Below, piece after piece: positions 9,391 through 19,108 of a stretch of 64,000 bases of DNA. The translations under genes were made by a program, and so were the position numbers. Each line of letters begins with the position of its first letter. The first letter of the stretch is position 1. The DNA lies in assembly GCA_036677375.1 (NCBI GenBank), contig JAVBWO010000012.1, positions 173,374 through 237,373 on the forward strand, written 5' to 3'. The notes under the pieces are model-generated. The model ran no database searches. It was given only the letters and a program-made list of their open reading frames with translations, and had not been told where the DNA came from. This DNA comes from Bacillota bacterium (lineage in GTDB: Bacteria > Bacillota > Dehalobacteriia > UBA4068 > UBA4997).

Positions 9391-9960
9391 CTATTCCTGG
9401 CTCTTCAAAAAATACCGCAATGCCTCTTCGTCCACTTGTCCGTCCTTCATATCCAGCGGCAGGCCGAAAGCAGGAATCCTGGAGACGCCCCGCTCCTTTG
9501 CAATCTGATGGATGATATCAATAAAAGCGCCGCTGTCTTGGATATAAGCCACAGGCTGGTCGATCTCACTCCAAAAGCCCATGGAACCGCCCCACTGGGT
9601 ATTGCTTTCCGTGATGCTGACACCGCAGGAAGGGCTGCCGTCAATGCCCAGCAAGATGACCTTATAATCTTCCCGCAAATAATCCATGATGCCGTCAAAC
9701 AAAAACTCCGCCGCCCGCCGATAAGCCATGGTGTAGCCGTAACAGGCATATTGCTCTTTCACCTGGCCCCAGCGCCGGGTTCCAGCCGCGTAAACCTCCG
9801 GACAAGGCATCTGCACGATGGAATAACCAAAATCCTCCAGGATCTTGGCAATATGAGGCACCTGGGCAGGGAATCTGGCCAATCCGCCCACCTTGGCTTG
9901 CTGGTTCAATAAACAATGTGCTAAAAGGGCAATCTTTTTGCTTCTTCCGTCATCATGCAT
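9391..9960 (-). CDS. DUF523 (TudS-like) Cys-rich putative [4Fe-4S] protein. Paralog of 22512..23123.
   Basis: LLAHCLLNQ...MPCPE...GIDGSPSCG cysteine pattern resembles DUF523/2-thiouracil desulfurase family. GGGGAGG RBS. Confidence 0.5.
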   Translation of the reverse strand: MHDDGRSKKIALLAHCLLNQQAKVGGLARFPAQVPHIAKILEDFGYSIVQMPCPEVYAAGTRRWGQVKEQYACYGYTMAYRRAAEFLFDGIMDYLREDYKVILLGIDGSPSCGVSITESNTQWGGSMGFWSEIDQPVAYIQDSGAFIDIIHQIAKERGVSRIPAFGLPLDMKDGQVDEEALRYFLKSQE

Positions 9961-10169
9961 CTTCTGTTCCTCCCCTTATGTTCCGAGCATATTTACCGGT
10001 AATTTTTGCTAACTTATTGGTTTAAGTTCTTGTCTTATTTTCATATTATTCTACTCTATTTTACTTAAGCTAGACAATAACCACCGGCGGTTTCAAACCG
10101 CCGGTGGTCGTAAGCGAACATTGAAAAACCTCTTAGGCAAGCCGGTTTCGCATGCTCAAGGCTTTATCG

Positions 10170-10937
10170 CTAAAGGATCTTCGAGAAGAAATCCTTGGTT
10201 CGTTCGTTTTTGGGATTTTCGAAAATTTCCGCCGGTATGCCTTCTTCCAAAACGATACCGCCGTCCATAAACAAGACTCTGTCGGCAACCTCCCTGGCAA
10301 AACCCATTTCATGGGTTACAACCACCATCGTCATATGAGCCTTTGCCAGATTTTTCATAACATCTAAAACTTCCGAGATCATTTCCGGGTCCAAAGCTGA
10401 GGTAGGCTCGTCAAACAACATGACCTTAGGCTCCATGGCCAAGGCTCTGGCAATTGCCACCCGCTGCTGTTGACCGCCGGAAAGATTGTCGGGATAGGCG
10501 TCCTTTTTTTCCGCCAAACCGACCCTGACTAAAAGCTGCATCGCCTGATCTTCCGCTTGCGCTCTGCTTTGCTTTTTAACGATCTGTGGCGCCAACAGGA
10601 TATTTTGCAAAACGGTCTTATGAGGGAACAGGTTGAATTGCTGAAAAACCATACCCATCTCGGCTCTGGTCTTATTGACATTATGTTTCTTTAAAATATC
10701 ATTGCCCTCAAAAAAGATATTGCCCTCCTGCGGGTGTTCCAGGAGATTCAGGCAGCGTAAAAAAGTGCTCTTGCCGCTGCCACTGGGGCCGATGACCACA
10801 ATGACCTCGCCTTGTTTAATGGTAACATCAATGCCTTGCAAAACATGATGATCGCCGTAATATTTATGAAGTCCCTGCACCTCAAGGATGACAGGTCTAT
10901 TTTGCAAGTCTTGCTTGCGCGTTTTCTCGTCTATCAC
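10170..10937 (-). CDS. Polar amino acid ABC transporter ATP-binding protein
   Basis: Walker [18 protein letters not shown] signature, C-terminal [17 protein letters not shown] typical of GlnQ/HisP group. Confidence 0.9.
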   Translation of the reverse strand: MIDEKTRKQDLQNRPVILEVQGLHKYYGDHHVLQGIDVTIKQGEVIVVIGPSGSGKSTFLRCLNLLEHPQEGNIFFEGNDILKKHNVNKTRAEMGMVFQQFNLFPHKTVLQNILLAPQIVKKQSRAQAEDQAMQLLVRVGLAEKKDAYPDNLSGGQQQRVAIARALAMEPKVMLFDEPTSALDPEMISEVLDVMKNLAKAHMTMVVVTHEMGFAREVADRVLFMDGGIVLEEGIPAEIFENPKNERTKDFFSKIL

Positions 10938-11602
10938 GATTTCTTCATCCTCTTTTCCATCGTGTCTGACAACTTAACAAAAGGCCAAATCACAATAAAG
11001 TAAATAATCGCCGCGGCCATTAACGGGGTGGCATTGGCTTGCCAGGTCTGTAATTGCCGCCCTTGTTTCAGAAGTTCCACCACCCCGATCACAGATACCA
11101 AAGACGTATCCTTCAATAAAGCAACGAAGCAATTGGTCAGCGCCGGTAAGGAACGTTTAAATGCCTGGGGTAAGATAATCTTGGACATGGTCTGCGTATA
11201 AGACATCCCCAAGGACTGAGCAGCCTCATACTGGCCTTTCGGGATGGACTCAATGCCGCCCCGGAATACTTCGGCAATAAAGGCGCCGCTATTAAGAGTC
11301 AAAGAAAGAATTGCCGCCGGCCAGCGCGCTAAATTCAATCCCAAGTAAGGGAAAGCATAGAAGATCACCATGATCTGCACCAAAAGAGGCGTACCCCGGA
11401 AAATATTGATATAGATAGACATGATAGCCGATACGACTTTGATTTTCGCCACCTTCAGAAGCGCGACCAAAAGACCCAAAATCATAGCGGTAACCAAACA
11501 GATCAAAGCCATCTCTAAGGTAACAATGACCCCATTCAGCAGGGAAGTCCAACAGTTAAGGAAAACTCCCCAATTTAAGAAATTCTCAATTAGTTTTGTC
11601 AT
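10934..11602 (-). CDS. Polar amino acid ABC transporter permease (His/Gln/Glu/Arg/opine family)
   Basis: 222 aa, 5 TM, EAA-like loop. Overlaps ATPase gene by 4 nt. Confidence 0.85.
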   Translation of the reverse strand: MTKLIENFLNWGVFLNCWTSLLNGVIVTLEMALICLVTAMILGLLVALLKVAKIKVVSAIMSIYINIFRGTPLLVQIMVIFYAFPYLGLNLARWPAAILSLTLNSGAFIAEVFRGGIESIPKGQYEAAQSLGMSYTQTMSKIILPQAFKRSLPALTNCFVALLKDTSLVSVIGVVELLKQGRQLQTWQANATPLMAAAIIYFIVIWPFVKLSDTMEKRMKKS

Positions 11603-11796
11603 AAGAAAGCCTCTTTAACGATAGATTTTATCCTGTGTATATCCTGGGTTTATTTTTGGTTTATTTTGGGTTATCTTAATTTCACCATTTACATTTACAT
11701 TGGATTGCAGCAACATGGAACCTTGGGTGGAATCAAAGAAACGCGATGCCCCGGAAAGTATATCACCGGGGCATCACAATGACTTAAAAAGTCAGT

Positions 11797-12633
11797 TTAT
11801 TCTTCATGAGGCAGATCTGCTTCGTTGGGAGCAATACCGAACCATTTTTCGTAAATCGTCGCATACGTGCCGTCGGCAACGATGTCTTTAATGGCTTGAT
11901 TGATTTGGGCGGTCAATTCGGAGTTTTCTTTGGCAACGCCAATACCGATCTTAATGTTATCGCCGAAGGAATCGGACAATAATTTGATGGTATCATTGTT
12001 TTTCAGAGTATAGCCTAAGTAAGGTTTGTCATTGAATACCGCATCGATGCGGCCGGATTCCAGGTCCATGATCCCGTCGTTCATGACTTCGTAGGGAACG
12101 ATTTCTTTAATGCCTAAGTCGGCTTGATTATCCCGGGTCCATTTTTCAGCCATGGTGCCGGTTTGTACGCCGACGATTTTATCCTTGGTATCGGCCAGGC
12201 AAGTGATCCCGGAATCATTTCTCACCGCTAAACCAAAATTGGAATAGAAGTAAGGCATACTAAAATCGATTTCTTTCAAACGGTCGTCTGTAATTCCCAT
12301 GCAGGACATAATAACATCGAACTTCTGAGCTTTCAGTCCGGAAATCAGGCCATCCCAAGCATAGTTATCATGCCTGGCTTCTCTGCCCAGACGATTGCCG
12401 ATTTCTTTCCAAAGGTCAACGTCAAAGCCTACGGTTTCAGTGCCTTCCATGTACTCAAAAGGCGGATAAGAAATGTCCGCACCGGCAACCAAAGGAGCAG
12501 CATCCGCTGCGCTGCCGGTCGTATCCCCTGTTGCACCTTCATCGGTGGTACCGGAGGTATCAGTGGTACCGCCACATGCAACTAAGGCAATTGCCAGAAC
12601 TAAGAGACCCAGAATCAGTAAAACTTTTTTCAC
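11797..12633 (-). CDS. Amino acid ABC transporter substrate-binding lipoprotein
   Basis: Lipoprotein signal LVACGG, Thr/Ser/Gly-rich linker, type-3 SBP fold pattern. Hairpin terminator 11744-11776 downstream. Confidence 0.85.
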   Translation of the reverse strand: MKKVLLILGLLVLAIALVACGGTTDTSGTTDEGATGDTTGSAADAAPLVAGADISYPPFEYMEGTETVGFDVDLWKEIGNRLGREARHDNYAWDGLISGLKAQKFDVIMSCMGITDDRLKEIDFSMPYFYSNFGLAVRNDSGITCLADTKDKIVGVQTGTMAEKWTRDNQADLGIKEIVPYEVMNDGIMDLESGRIDAVFNDKPYLGYTLKNNDTIKLLSDSFGDNIKIGIGVAKENSELTAQINQAIKDIVADGTYATIYEKWFGIAPNEADLPHEE

Positions 12634-12924
12634 AAAATCTCCCCCTTTTCGATATTTTTCTGTTATTCTGTTCTACAGTGAAACGCCGGACGATACCAGC
12701 TTATATCTATACCATAATCCCAAAGCGCGGTAATAAATTTGAGGATAAAACGGGCTATGGTAAAAGAAAACTGCAGGGGCACATCATGACCACCATCAGA
12801 AAAATGAGCAAATATCAGCAATTGGGAATATTCAAACAATATTTTCATATAACATTCTATACTAAAATGATTGTTTGTCAATATGCAACAATTGGCTTTC
12901 ACAGAAAAGTCCATTTTAAATAAA

Positions 12925-13330
12925 TCCTGCTAAACAGTTTAAGAAATTTTAACGGTAAAAAAACAAAAAAATATGTTAATAATTATAGTACAAATAAAAG
13001 TAAGCTTCTGAATTTAAAATTTTTTTATTTTTTATTTTGAATTGGTCCGTATCCAGTAATTTTTTGGAAAAATGATTTAAAATGACAGAATTCGACATTA
13101 AAAATTCGCAAAAATTATTGATAATTATTCAAAACAATTACTACATTTAAAATTAATTTCTTTACAAAGACAACCTTATTATAACATTATAACCAGATAA
13201 TCCAGCATTTACCAATGCGGAAAATTTCAATAATTAAAAAAATTTTTGCAGGGATTTCAAAAGAAGACGCGAATATATTCACAAACAATAAAGCAATAAA
13301 GCCATGGACATGTCAGTATAATGTCATCTT
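12925..13330. other. ~400 bp strongly AT-rich (<30% GC by eye) noncoding block between divergent transporter and catabolic operons. Contains near-consensus TATAAT at ~13314.
   Basis: No ORF >=60 aa. Composition contrasts with ~50% GC surroundings. Confidence 0.5.
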
Positions 13331-13392
13331 TTCTTTCTTACATGATTAAGGTTCACCTTCAGTATGAGTAAGAAGAATATGCCATTTCGGAC

Positions 13393-13429
13393 AGGATGAG
13401 CAAAAGCCAGCCTTCGGGCTGGCTTTTTT
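13393..13429 (+). terminator. Repeat copy 1: AGGATGAGCAA(A/G)(A/C)GCCAGCCTTC(G/A)GGCTGGC + T-run terminator-like module
   Basis: Stem GCCAGCC/GGCTGGC followed by TTTTTT. Near-identical copy at 13576-13614. Confidence 0.6.
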
Positions 13430-13575
13430 GAACGGATCACCGTAAGCCGGCAGGTATCAAATCTGTCAAATCAATTTTCTGTCATAATCTTCCTTATATC
13501 ACAATATCACAGATAAGGGAATCCGGGTTTTGTAACAGATTTATAGAAATCCATAGCATGTTTTCAGCATGTACT

Positions 13576-13614
13576 AGGATGAGCAAGCGCCAGCCTTCAG
13601 GCTGGCGTTTATTT
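13576..13614 (+). terminator. Repeat copy 2 of the same hairpin module, ~20 nt upstream of the CoA-transferase RBS (attenuator position)
   Basis: aggatgagcaagcgccagccttcaggctggcgtttatttt directly precedes taaggaggcaaatacatcATG. Confidence 0.6.
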
Positions 13615-13632
13615 TAAGGAGGCAAATACATC

Positions 13633-14832
13633 ATGGAGTTTTTAAAAGGGATCAAGGTGTTGGATATGACACAGTTTCTTTCCGCTTCCTACTGCACCCA
13701 AATTCTGGGCGACTTCGGCGCGGATGTCATGAAGATTGAACAACCGGGGAAAGGCGAAGTCTACAGAACCTACGGACCAAAGTTCATCCATGGCGAAAGC
13801 ACCAGCTTTTTAGCCATGAATAGAAATAAGCGCAGCCTCACCCTGAATATCAAGACTCCGGAAGGCCAGGAGGTTTTACGCAGGCTGGCCAAAGACGCCG
13901 ACGTTCTGGTGGAAAATTTCCGTACCGGTACGCTGAAGAAATACGCCTTGGATTATGAAAGCCTAAAAACCGTCAATCCCCGTCTCGTCTACTGTTCCGT
14001 TTCCGGGTTTGGGCAGACCGGACCTTATGCCGAAAAGGGCGGCTTTGATCTGACGGCGCAAGCCATGTCCGGACTGATGTACGTGACCGGTGAAGCGGAC
14101 CGTCCTCCCGTTAAAGTCGGCTATCCCATCACCGATATCGGCGGCGGGCTCTATGCCGCCTTGGGCATCGTGGCCGCTTTGTGCGGCAGAGAGAAAAGCG
14201 GTCTGGGCCAGTTGGTTGACACCTCTTTATTTGAAGCGGGCGTTGCTTGGGGTATGATGGCCAGCTTGAACTATTTTGCCGATGGCTCCGTCCAGGGACG
14301 CATGGGTTCGGCCAGTCCGCAGAATGCTCCTTACCAAGCCTTTACCGTAAAAGACGGCGCTTTTACCATGGGTACCGGCAACGACGTGCTCTGGGAAAAA
14401 TTTTGCCAGGTCTTTGAAATTACTTATCTCTTGCAGGATGAACGTTATCAAGATAATGCTTCCCGGGTCAAAAACCAAGACCCCCTGGCTGCCGATATTG
14501 AGAAGGCTCTTGCAGATCTGACGGTGGCGGACTGCCTTGAAAGAATGGACAGCGTCGGCATCCCGTGCGGCGCCATCAATTCCATTGATAAGGTGGTCAG
14601 CGACCCTCATGTCACCAATCGCGGCATGGTCTTAAAGATCAACCACCCCTCAGCCGGCGAGATTCCTAATATTGCTTTCCCGGTTCACTTTTCCGGTCAA
14701 ACCTGCCCGGTACGGTATGCCCCTCCCCTCTTGGGCCAGCACAGCCGCGAGATATTGTCTGAGGCCGGTTATAGCAAGGAAGAAATCGACCAACTGATCC
14801 AAAAAGGCGTTACCAGCTCGGTGAACGCATAA
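13633..14832 (+). CDS. CaiB/BaiF family (class III) CoA-transferase
   Basis: 399 aa with N-terminal VLDMTQFLSASYCTQILGDFGADVMKIEQP pattern characteristic of family III CoA-transferases. Confidence 0.85.
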   Translation: MEFLKGIKVLDMTQFLSASYCTQILGDFGADVMKIEQPGKGEVYRTYGPKFIHGESTSFLAMNRNKRSLTLNIKTPEGQEVLRRLAKDADVLVENFRTGTLKKYALDYESLKTVNPRLVYCSVSGFGQTGPYAEKGGFDLTAQAMSGLMYVTGEADRPPVKVGYPITDIGGGLYAALGIVAALCGREKSGLGQLVDTSLFEAGVAWGMMASLNYFADGSVQGRMGSASPQNAPYQAFTVKDGAFTMGTGNDVLWEKFCQVFEITYLLQDERYQDNASRVKNQDPLAADIEKALADLTVADCLERMDSVGIPCGAINSIDKVVSDPHVTNRGMVLKINHPSAGEIPNIAFPVHFSGQTCPVRYAPPLLGQHSREILSEAGYSKEEIDQLIQKGVTSSVNA

Positions 14833-14852
14833 AAATAAGGGAGGACAACGTA

Positions 14853-16214
14853 ATGAGTGAAGCCATGGAGTGCCGCATGAAAGGCGCCTTGCTGGAAGCC
14901 GACCGCTGTCTGCAATGTTATGACCCACCTTGCGCCAAGGGTTGCCCCGCCGGCGTAGAGGTGGATCGTTTCATCCGTCTTTTAAGCAAGGGGGATTTCG
15001 CAGGCGCTGCCGCTGTAATTGAAAAAGACAATCCCATGGGTTGGATCTGCGGTTATATCTGCCCGCAAGAAAGCCTGTGTCAGAAAAACTGTATCTCGCA
15101 TCAATTAGGGCATCCCATCGACATTAAGATCCTACAGCAATACGCCATTGCCCAAAGCCGCGCCATGGGAGAAGGACATCAAGGTTTGAACAAAAATATA
15201 CTCGCCTCCCAGCGGTTAAACATCAACGGCAGCATTTGCGAAATCGATACGCCGGAGCAAGGTTTTGGTAAAGCCGCGGTGGTTGGCGGCGGACCCGGCG
15301 GCATGACCTGCGCCGCTTATTTGCATCAACTAGGCTATGAAGTGGATTTATTTGAAGCCGGAACAAAACTGGGCGGCAGAATGACAAAGGGTATCCCCTC
15401 CTTCCGGATGGATCAGAATATGCTTTACGGCGAGCTTGACCAAATAGCCGCCGGCATCAAAGTCAACTTCGGCAAAAAACTGGGCCGGGATTTTTCCCTG
15501 TCGGATTTAAAAGCGCAAGGATTCCAGAGTATCTTCCTCGCTACAGGCAAATGGAATGAGAAAATGCTGCCTTTGCCTGGAGCCGATCTGGCTGGCGTTT
15601 ACGGTTCTGACGAGATCTTGACCGGCACGGACTGGCAAAAATCAGGTCACCAAAAAGCGGCGATCATCGGCGCCGGCAATGTGGCCATGGATGTGGCGCG
15701 GGTGCTTTACCGGGGCGGTCTGAAAGAAGTTCATGTCTTCTTCATCGGAGCCAATCCGGAAGTGACCGCCTGGCCGGAAGAACGGGAAGAAGTATTCACA
15801 GACGGCGGTATCCTTCATATGCTGGCCATCCCGGAAATAATCCTGGGTGAGGTCGGCAAGGTCGCCGGCTTGAAGCTAAACCGCTCCAAGGTATTAAGGA
15901 AGCCGGACGGCAATTGGAGTGTGGAATCCCTGCCGGATGATCTGGATTTCAATTATCCCGTAGATATGGTTGTCATGGCCATCGGTTGCGGCACTTTCAA
16001 GCAGGAGTTGGAAGCTCTCGGTTTGAAGGTGGATACCATGGGTCATATCTTAGTGGATGAAAATTTGGAAACCAATGTGCCGGGTGTTTTTGCAGGAGGA
16101 GATACCATCGGACAAGGACGCGGCGCTGTGGTTCAGGCCATTGGCGACGGTAAACGCGCCGCTTTGAATATGCATGCTTATTTGCAGGGTCTGGCCCAAA
16201 AGGAGGGCAAATAA
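14853..16214 (+). CDS. PreT-like / glutamate-synthase-small-subunit-like FAD/NAD(P) oxidoreductase with N-terminal Fe-S domain (dihydropyrimidine dehydrogenase subunit homolog)
   Basis: N-terminal Cys cluster CLQCYDPPCAKGCPAG, GGGPGG dinucleotide motif, second GAGNVAMD Rossmann motif. Confidence 0.8.
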   Translation: MSEAMECRMKGALLEADRCLQCYDPPCAKGCPAGVEVDRFIRLLSKGDFAGAAAVIEKDNPMGWICGYICPQESLCQKNCISHQLGHPIDIKILQQYAIAQSRAMGEGHQGLNKNILASQRLNINGSICEIDTPEQGFGKAAVVGGGPGGMTCAAYLHQLGYEVDLFEAGTKLGGRMTKGIPSFRMDQNMLYGELDQIAAGIKVNFGKKLGRDFSLSDLKAQGFQSIFLATGKWNEKMLPLPGADLAGVYGSDEILTGTDWQKSGHQKAAIIGAGNVAMDVARVLYRGGLKEVHVFFIGANPEVTAWPEEREEVFTDGGILHMLAIPEIILGEVGKVAGLKLNRSKVLRKPDGNWSVESLPDDLDFNYPVDMVVMAIGCGTFKQELEALGLKVDTMGHILVDENLETNVPGVFAGGDTIGQGRGAVVQAIGDGKRAALNMHAYLQGLAQKEGK

Positions 16215-17453
16215 ATGGTAAGAAGAGATTTGAGCATCAATTTCTGCGGATTCCACTGTATCAACCCTTTCTTTTTAGCCGCCTGTCCTGTCAGCCGCAC
16301 CGGAGAGATGGTACAGCGGGCCTTTGAAGCAGGCTGGGGAGGTGTTGTGACCAAAAGCATTTCCTTGGATCAGGACTTGCCGGATCACAGCCTTTCGCCC
16401 CGCTTTTGCGGTCTGCGTCCCGGCGGCAGCGGGCTGAAATTACAAAAAAATATCATTGGCATGGGCAATATGGACTTTCGCATCGATATATCGGTGAAAG
16501 ACACTTTTGATAGTTTTGCCCGGGCCAAAGCAGCCTACCCTGACCGCATGCTCATTATCAGTGTCAAGGGAAAATTTCAAAGAGAAGAATGGCATAAACT
16601 GTCCCTTTTGGCCAAAGCAGCCGGAGCCGACGCCGTAGAGGCCTGCCTTTCCTGCCCGGACGCGGGAGCCGGCGGCAGCATCGGACAAAATCCGGAAGCT
16701 TTGCAGAAAGTCCTTTCCTGGATGCGGGAAGTCATTGATCTGCCCATTCTGGTCAAAATGACTCCTCATGTCACCAATTCCGCTATGATCGCCAATGCGG
16801 CGAAGGAAGGCGGCGCCGTGGCGGTGAGCGCCATCAACACCTTCAAAGGCATCGGCGGCATTAATTTAGCAAATGAAACACCTCTGCCCACAGTACGGAA
16901 TCATTCCACCTCCGTAGGAATTTCCGGCGCTAACATACGCCCCATGGCGCAATACTGCGTTTACGAAGTTGCCAAGAATGTCAGCGATTTGCAGATTTCC
17001 GGCGTAGGCGGCATAACCTGCGCGCAAGACGCCATCGAATATTTACTTTTAGGAGCCAGCACCATTCAGGTAGGCACACAGGTCATGCACGAAGGCTACC
17101 GCTTGGTGGAAGATATGGCGGAAGGCTTGAGCCGCTATTTGGAAAAGCACCACTATCGCAGCGTCAGAGAAATGGTGGGCTCGGCCCTCTCCTCTTATGT
17201 GGCATCCACGGAAGGTCTAAGCCGGGAACAGCAGTTGAAGTCCAATGTGGATCAGGAACTGTGCATCCACTGCGGCCGCTGTTATATCGCCTGCCGCGAC
17301 GGCGCTTACCAAGCCATTCGATTCAGCGAAGACCGGGAGGCTACCGTCGAAAAAGAAGACTGCGTGGGCTGCGGCCTTTGCCGTCTGGTTTGTCCCGTGC
17401 CCGGCGCCATTTATTTTACGGATGACGCAGGCAGAAGGGATGCCTTGAATTAA
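16215..17453 (+). CDS. PreA-like dihydroorotate/dihydropyrimidine dehydrogenase-family catalytic subunit with C-terminal 2x[4Fe-4S] ferredoxin domain
   Basis: DHOD/DPD TIM-barrel pattern, C-terminal CIHCGRCYIAC and CVGCGLCRLVCP motifs. Adjacent to the preT-like start. Confidence 0.8.
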   Translation: MVRRDLSINFCGFHCINPFFLAACPVSRTGEMVQRAFEAGWGGVVTKSISLDQDLPDHSLSPRFCGLRPGGSGLKLQKNIIGMGNMDFRIDISVKDTFDSFARAKAAYPDRMLIISVKGKFQREEWHKLSLLAKAAGADAVEACLSCPDAGAGGSIGQNPEALQKVLSWMREVIDLPILVKMTPHVTNSAMIANAAKEGGAVAVSAINTFKGIGGINLANETPLPTVRNHSTSVGISGANIRPMAQYCVYEVAKNVSDLQISGVGGITCAQDAIEYLLLGASTIQVGTQVMHEGYRLVEDMAEGLSRYLEKHHYRSVREMVGSALSSYVASTEGLSREQQLKSNVDQELCIHCGRCYIACRDGAYQAIRFSEDREATVEKEDCVGCGLCRLVCPVPGAIYFTDDAGRRDALN

Positions 17454-17551
17454 AAGGATAAAACAGCCGCACCTCCTTTGCCGGGTGTGGCTGTTATGAT
17501 CAAAAATGCTTTCATACATTAAAATAATAGCTAAGGAAGGGAGGCCCAAAT

Positions 17552-19108
17552 TTGACACAGGACGATTATATTCTAGAGTTTCAGAATGTTACCAAACGTT
17601 TCCCCGGGATCATCGCCAACGACAAAGTAAATCTAAAAATCAAAAGAGGAGAAATTCACGCTCTTTTAGGTGAGAACGGCGCCGGGAAGAGCACTTTAAT
17701 GAATGTTTTGGTGGGACTCTACACTCCGGACGAGGGACAAATCCTCATGAACGGAGAAAAGGTAGAGATCAAAAGCCCAAAGGATTCCATCCATCTGGGG
17801 ATCGGCATGGTACACCAGCATTTTAAGCTGGTAGAAGAACTATCGGTTATGGAAAACATCGTGATCGGCTATGAAAAGCAAGGCTTTGCTTTACATAAAA
17901 AGGCAACCTGCAAACAGTTGGAAGAGCTGTCCGAGCACTATCACTTACCCATCGACCCCAAGGCACTGATCCGGGATCTGTCCGCCGGAGAAAAGCAAAG
18001 AGTAGAGATCGTCAAGATGCTTTACCGCAATGTGAACTTTCTTATTTTGGACGAACCCACTTCAGTTCTCACGCCCCAGGAAGCAGAAAAACTTTTCGAT
18101 TATCTCCGGGAAATGAAGGCCGACAACAAGACCGTTATTTTCATCAGTCATAAGCTGGATGAAGTAATGGCCATCGCGGACCGGGTCACCATTCTGCGCC
18201 AGGGCAAACTCATCGAGACTATGGAAAAAGCGGAAACCAATCCCAAAGACTTAGCCAGAAAGATGATCGGCAAAGAAATGCAAAGTATTGAAAAGAAAAT
18301 CAACGATCATTTGGACAATGCCCCCGTTATCATTGCAGGCAAAAACTTAAACGCCAAAGGTGACGAAGGAGTCTTAGCCATCAAGGATGTCAATATTGAG
18401 ATCCGCCAGGGCGAGATCCTGGGCATCGCCGGCGTTTCCGGCAATGGGCAGTCAGAGCTGGCACAGGTCTTGACCGGCCTGCGTCATCTGGAATCCGGGC
18501 AAATCACGGTAAACGGCAAAGAAATCCGTGGCGGCGCTATGAGCTTTATAAATGCTAAAGTGGGTCATATTCCGGAAGACCGCATCGGTACCGGCTCCAT
18601 CCCTTCCTTCAGCGTTTTGGAAAACGTCATTTTGAAGAAATACAAAAAACCGCCCATCAAGCGCGGCCCCTTCATCGATTACAGGAAAGCCGCCTATTTC
18701 GGCAAAAATCTGCTCAAAGAATTTGACGTCAGAATGCCGTCCTATGATATGCCGGTGAAGCTTCTTTCCGGCGGTAACATGCAAAAACTGATTTTCGCCC
18801 GGGAGATCGACAACGACCCACAGGTCATCATCGCGGTACATCCCAGCTACGGCCTGGATGTCTTGGCTGTGGATATGGTTCATCAATACTTGATTAAAGA
18901 ACAGCAGCGAGGCTGCGCCATCTTACTGATCTCCGAGGACTTAGATGAGATCCTCACCCTTTCCGATTCCATCGCGGTCATGTACAAACATACCCTAACA
19001 CCCAAACGGAACCGCAATGACTGGACCATTGATGAAATAGGCTATGCCATGATGGGGATTGGCAAAAATCAGGCTACTGCCCAAGACGGGGGGGAACATA
19101 TCGCATGA
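17552..19108 (+). CDS. ABC transporter ATP-binding protein, duplicated ATPase domains (nucleoside/sugar type)
   Basis: Two Walker A / signature pairs in 518 aa. TTG start with GGGAGG RBS. Confidence 0.85.
   Translation: MTQDDYILEFQNVTKRFPGIIANDKVNLKIKRGEIHALLGENGAGKSTLMNVLVGLYTPDEGQILMNGEKVEIKSPKDSIHLGIGMVHQHFKLVEELSVMENIVIGYEKQGFALHKKATCKQLEELSEHYHLPIDPKALIRDLSAGEKQRVEIVKMLYRNVNFLILDEPTSVLTPQEAEKLFDYLREMKADNKTVIFISHKLDEVMAIADRVTILRQGKLIETMEKAETNPKDLARKMIGKEMQSIEKKINDHLDNAPVIIAGKNLNAKGDEGVLAIKDVNIEIRQGEILGIAGVSGNGQSELAQVLTGLRHLESGQITVNGKEIRGGAMSFINAKVGHIPEDRIGTGSIPSFSVLENVILKKYKKPPIKRGPFIDYRKAAYFGKNLLKEFDVRMPSYDMPVKLLSGGNMQKLIFAREIDNDPQVIIAVHPSYGLDVLAVDMVHQYLIKEQQRGCAILLISEDLDEILTLSDSIAVMYKHTLTPKRNRNDWTIDEIGYAMMGIGKNQATAQDGGEHIA

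Noticed and set aside
10080-10110. GC-rich hairpin ACCACCGGCGG-tttcaaa-CCGCCGGTGGT between the TudS-like gene start and the ABC ATPase end
   Set aside because: Strong stem but no U-tract on either strand. Possibly a weak or rho-assisted terminator, but not callable as a feature with confidence.
12531-12923. 130 aa and 83 aa ORFs in the AT-rich intergenic block
   Set aside because: Low-complexity AT-rich translation, no RBS, and they lie in a promoter region between divergent operons.
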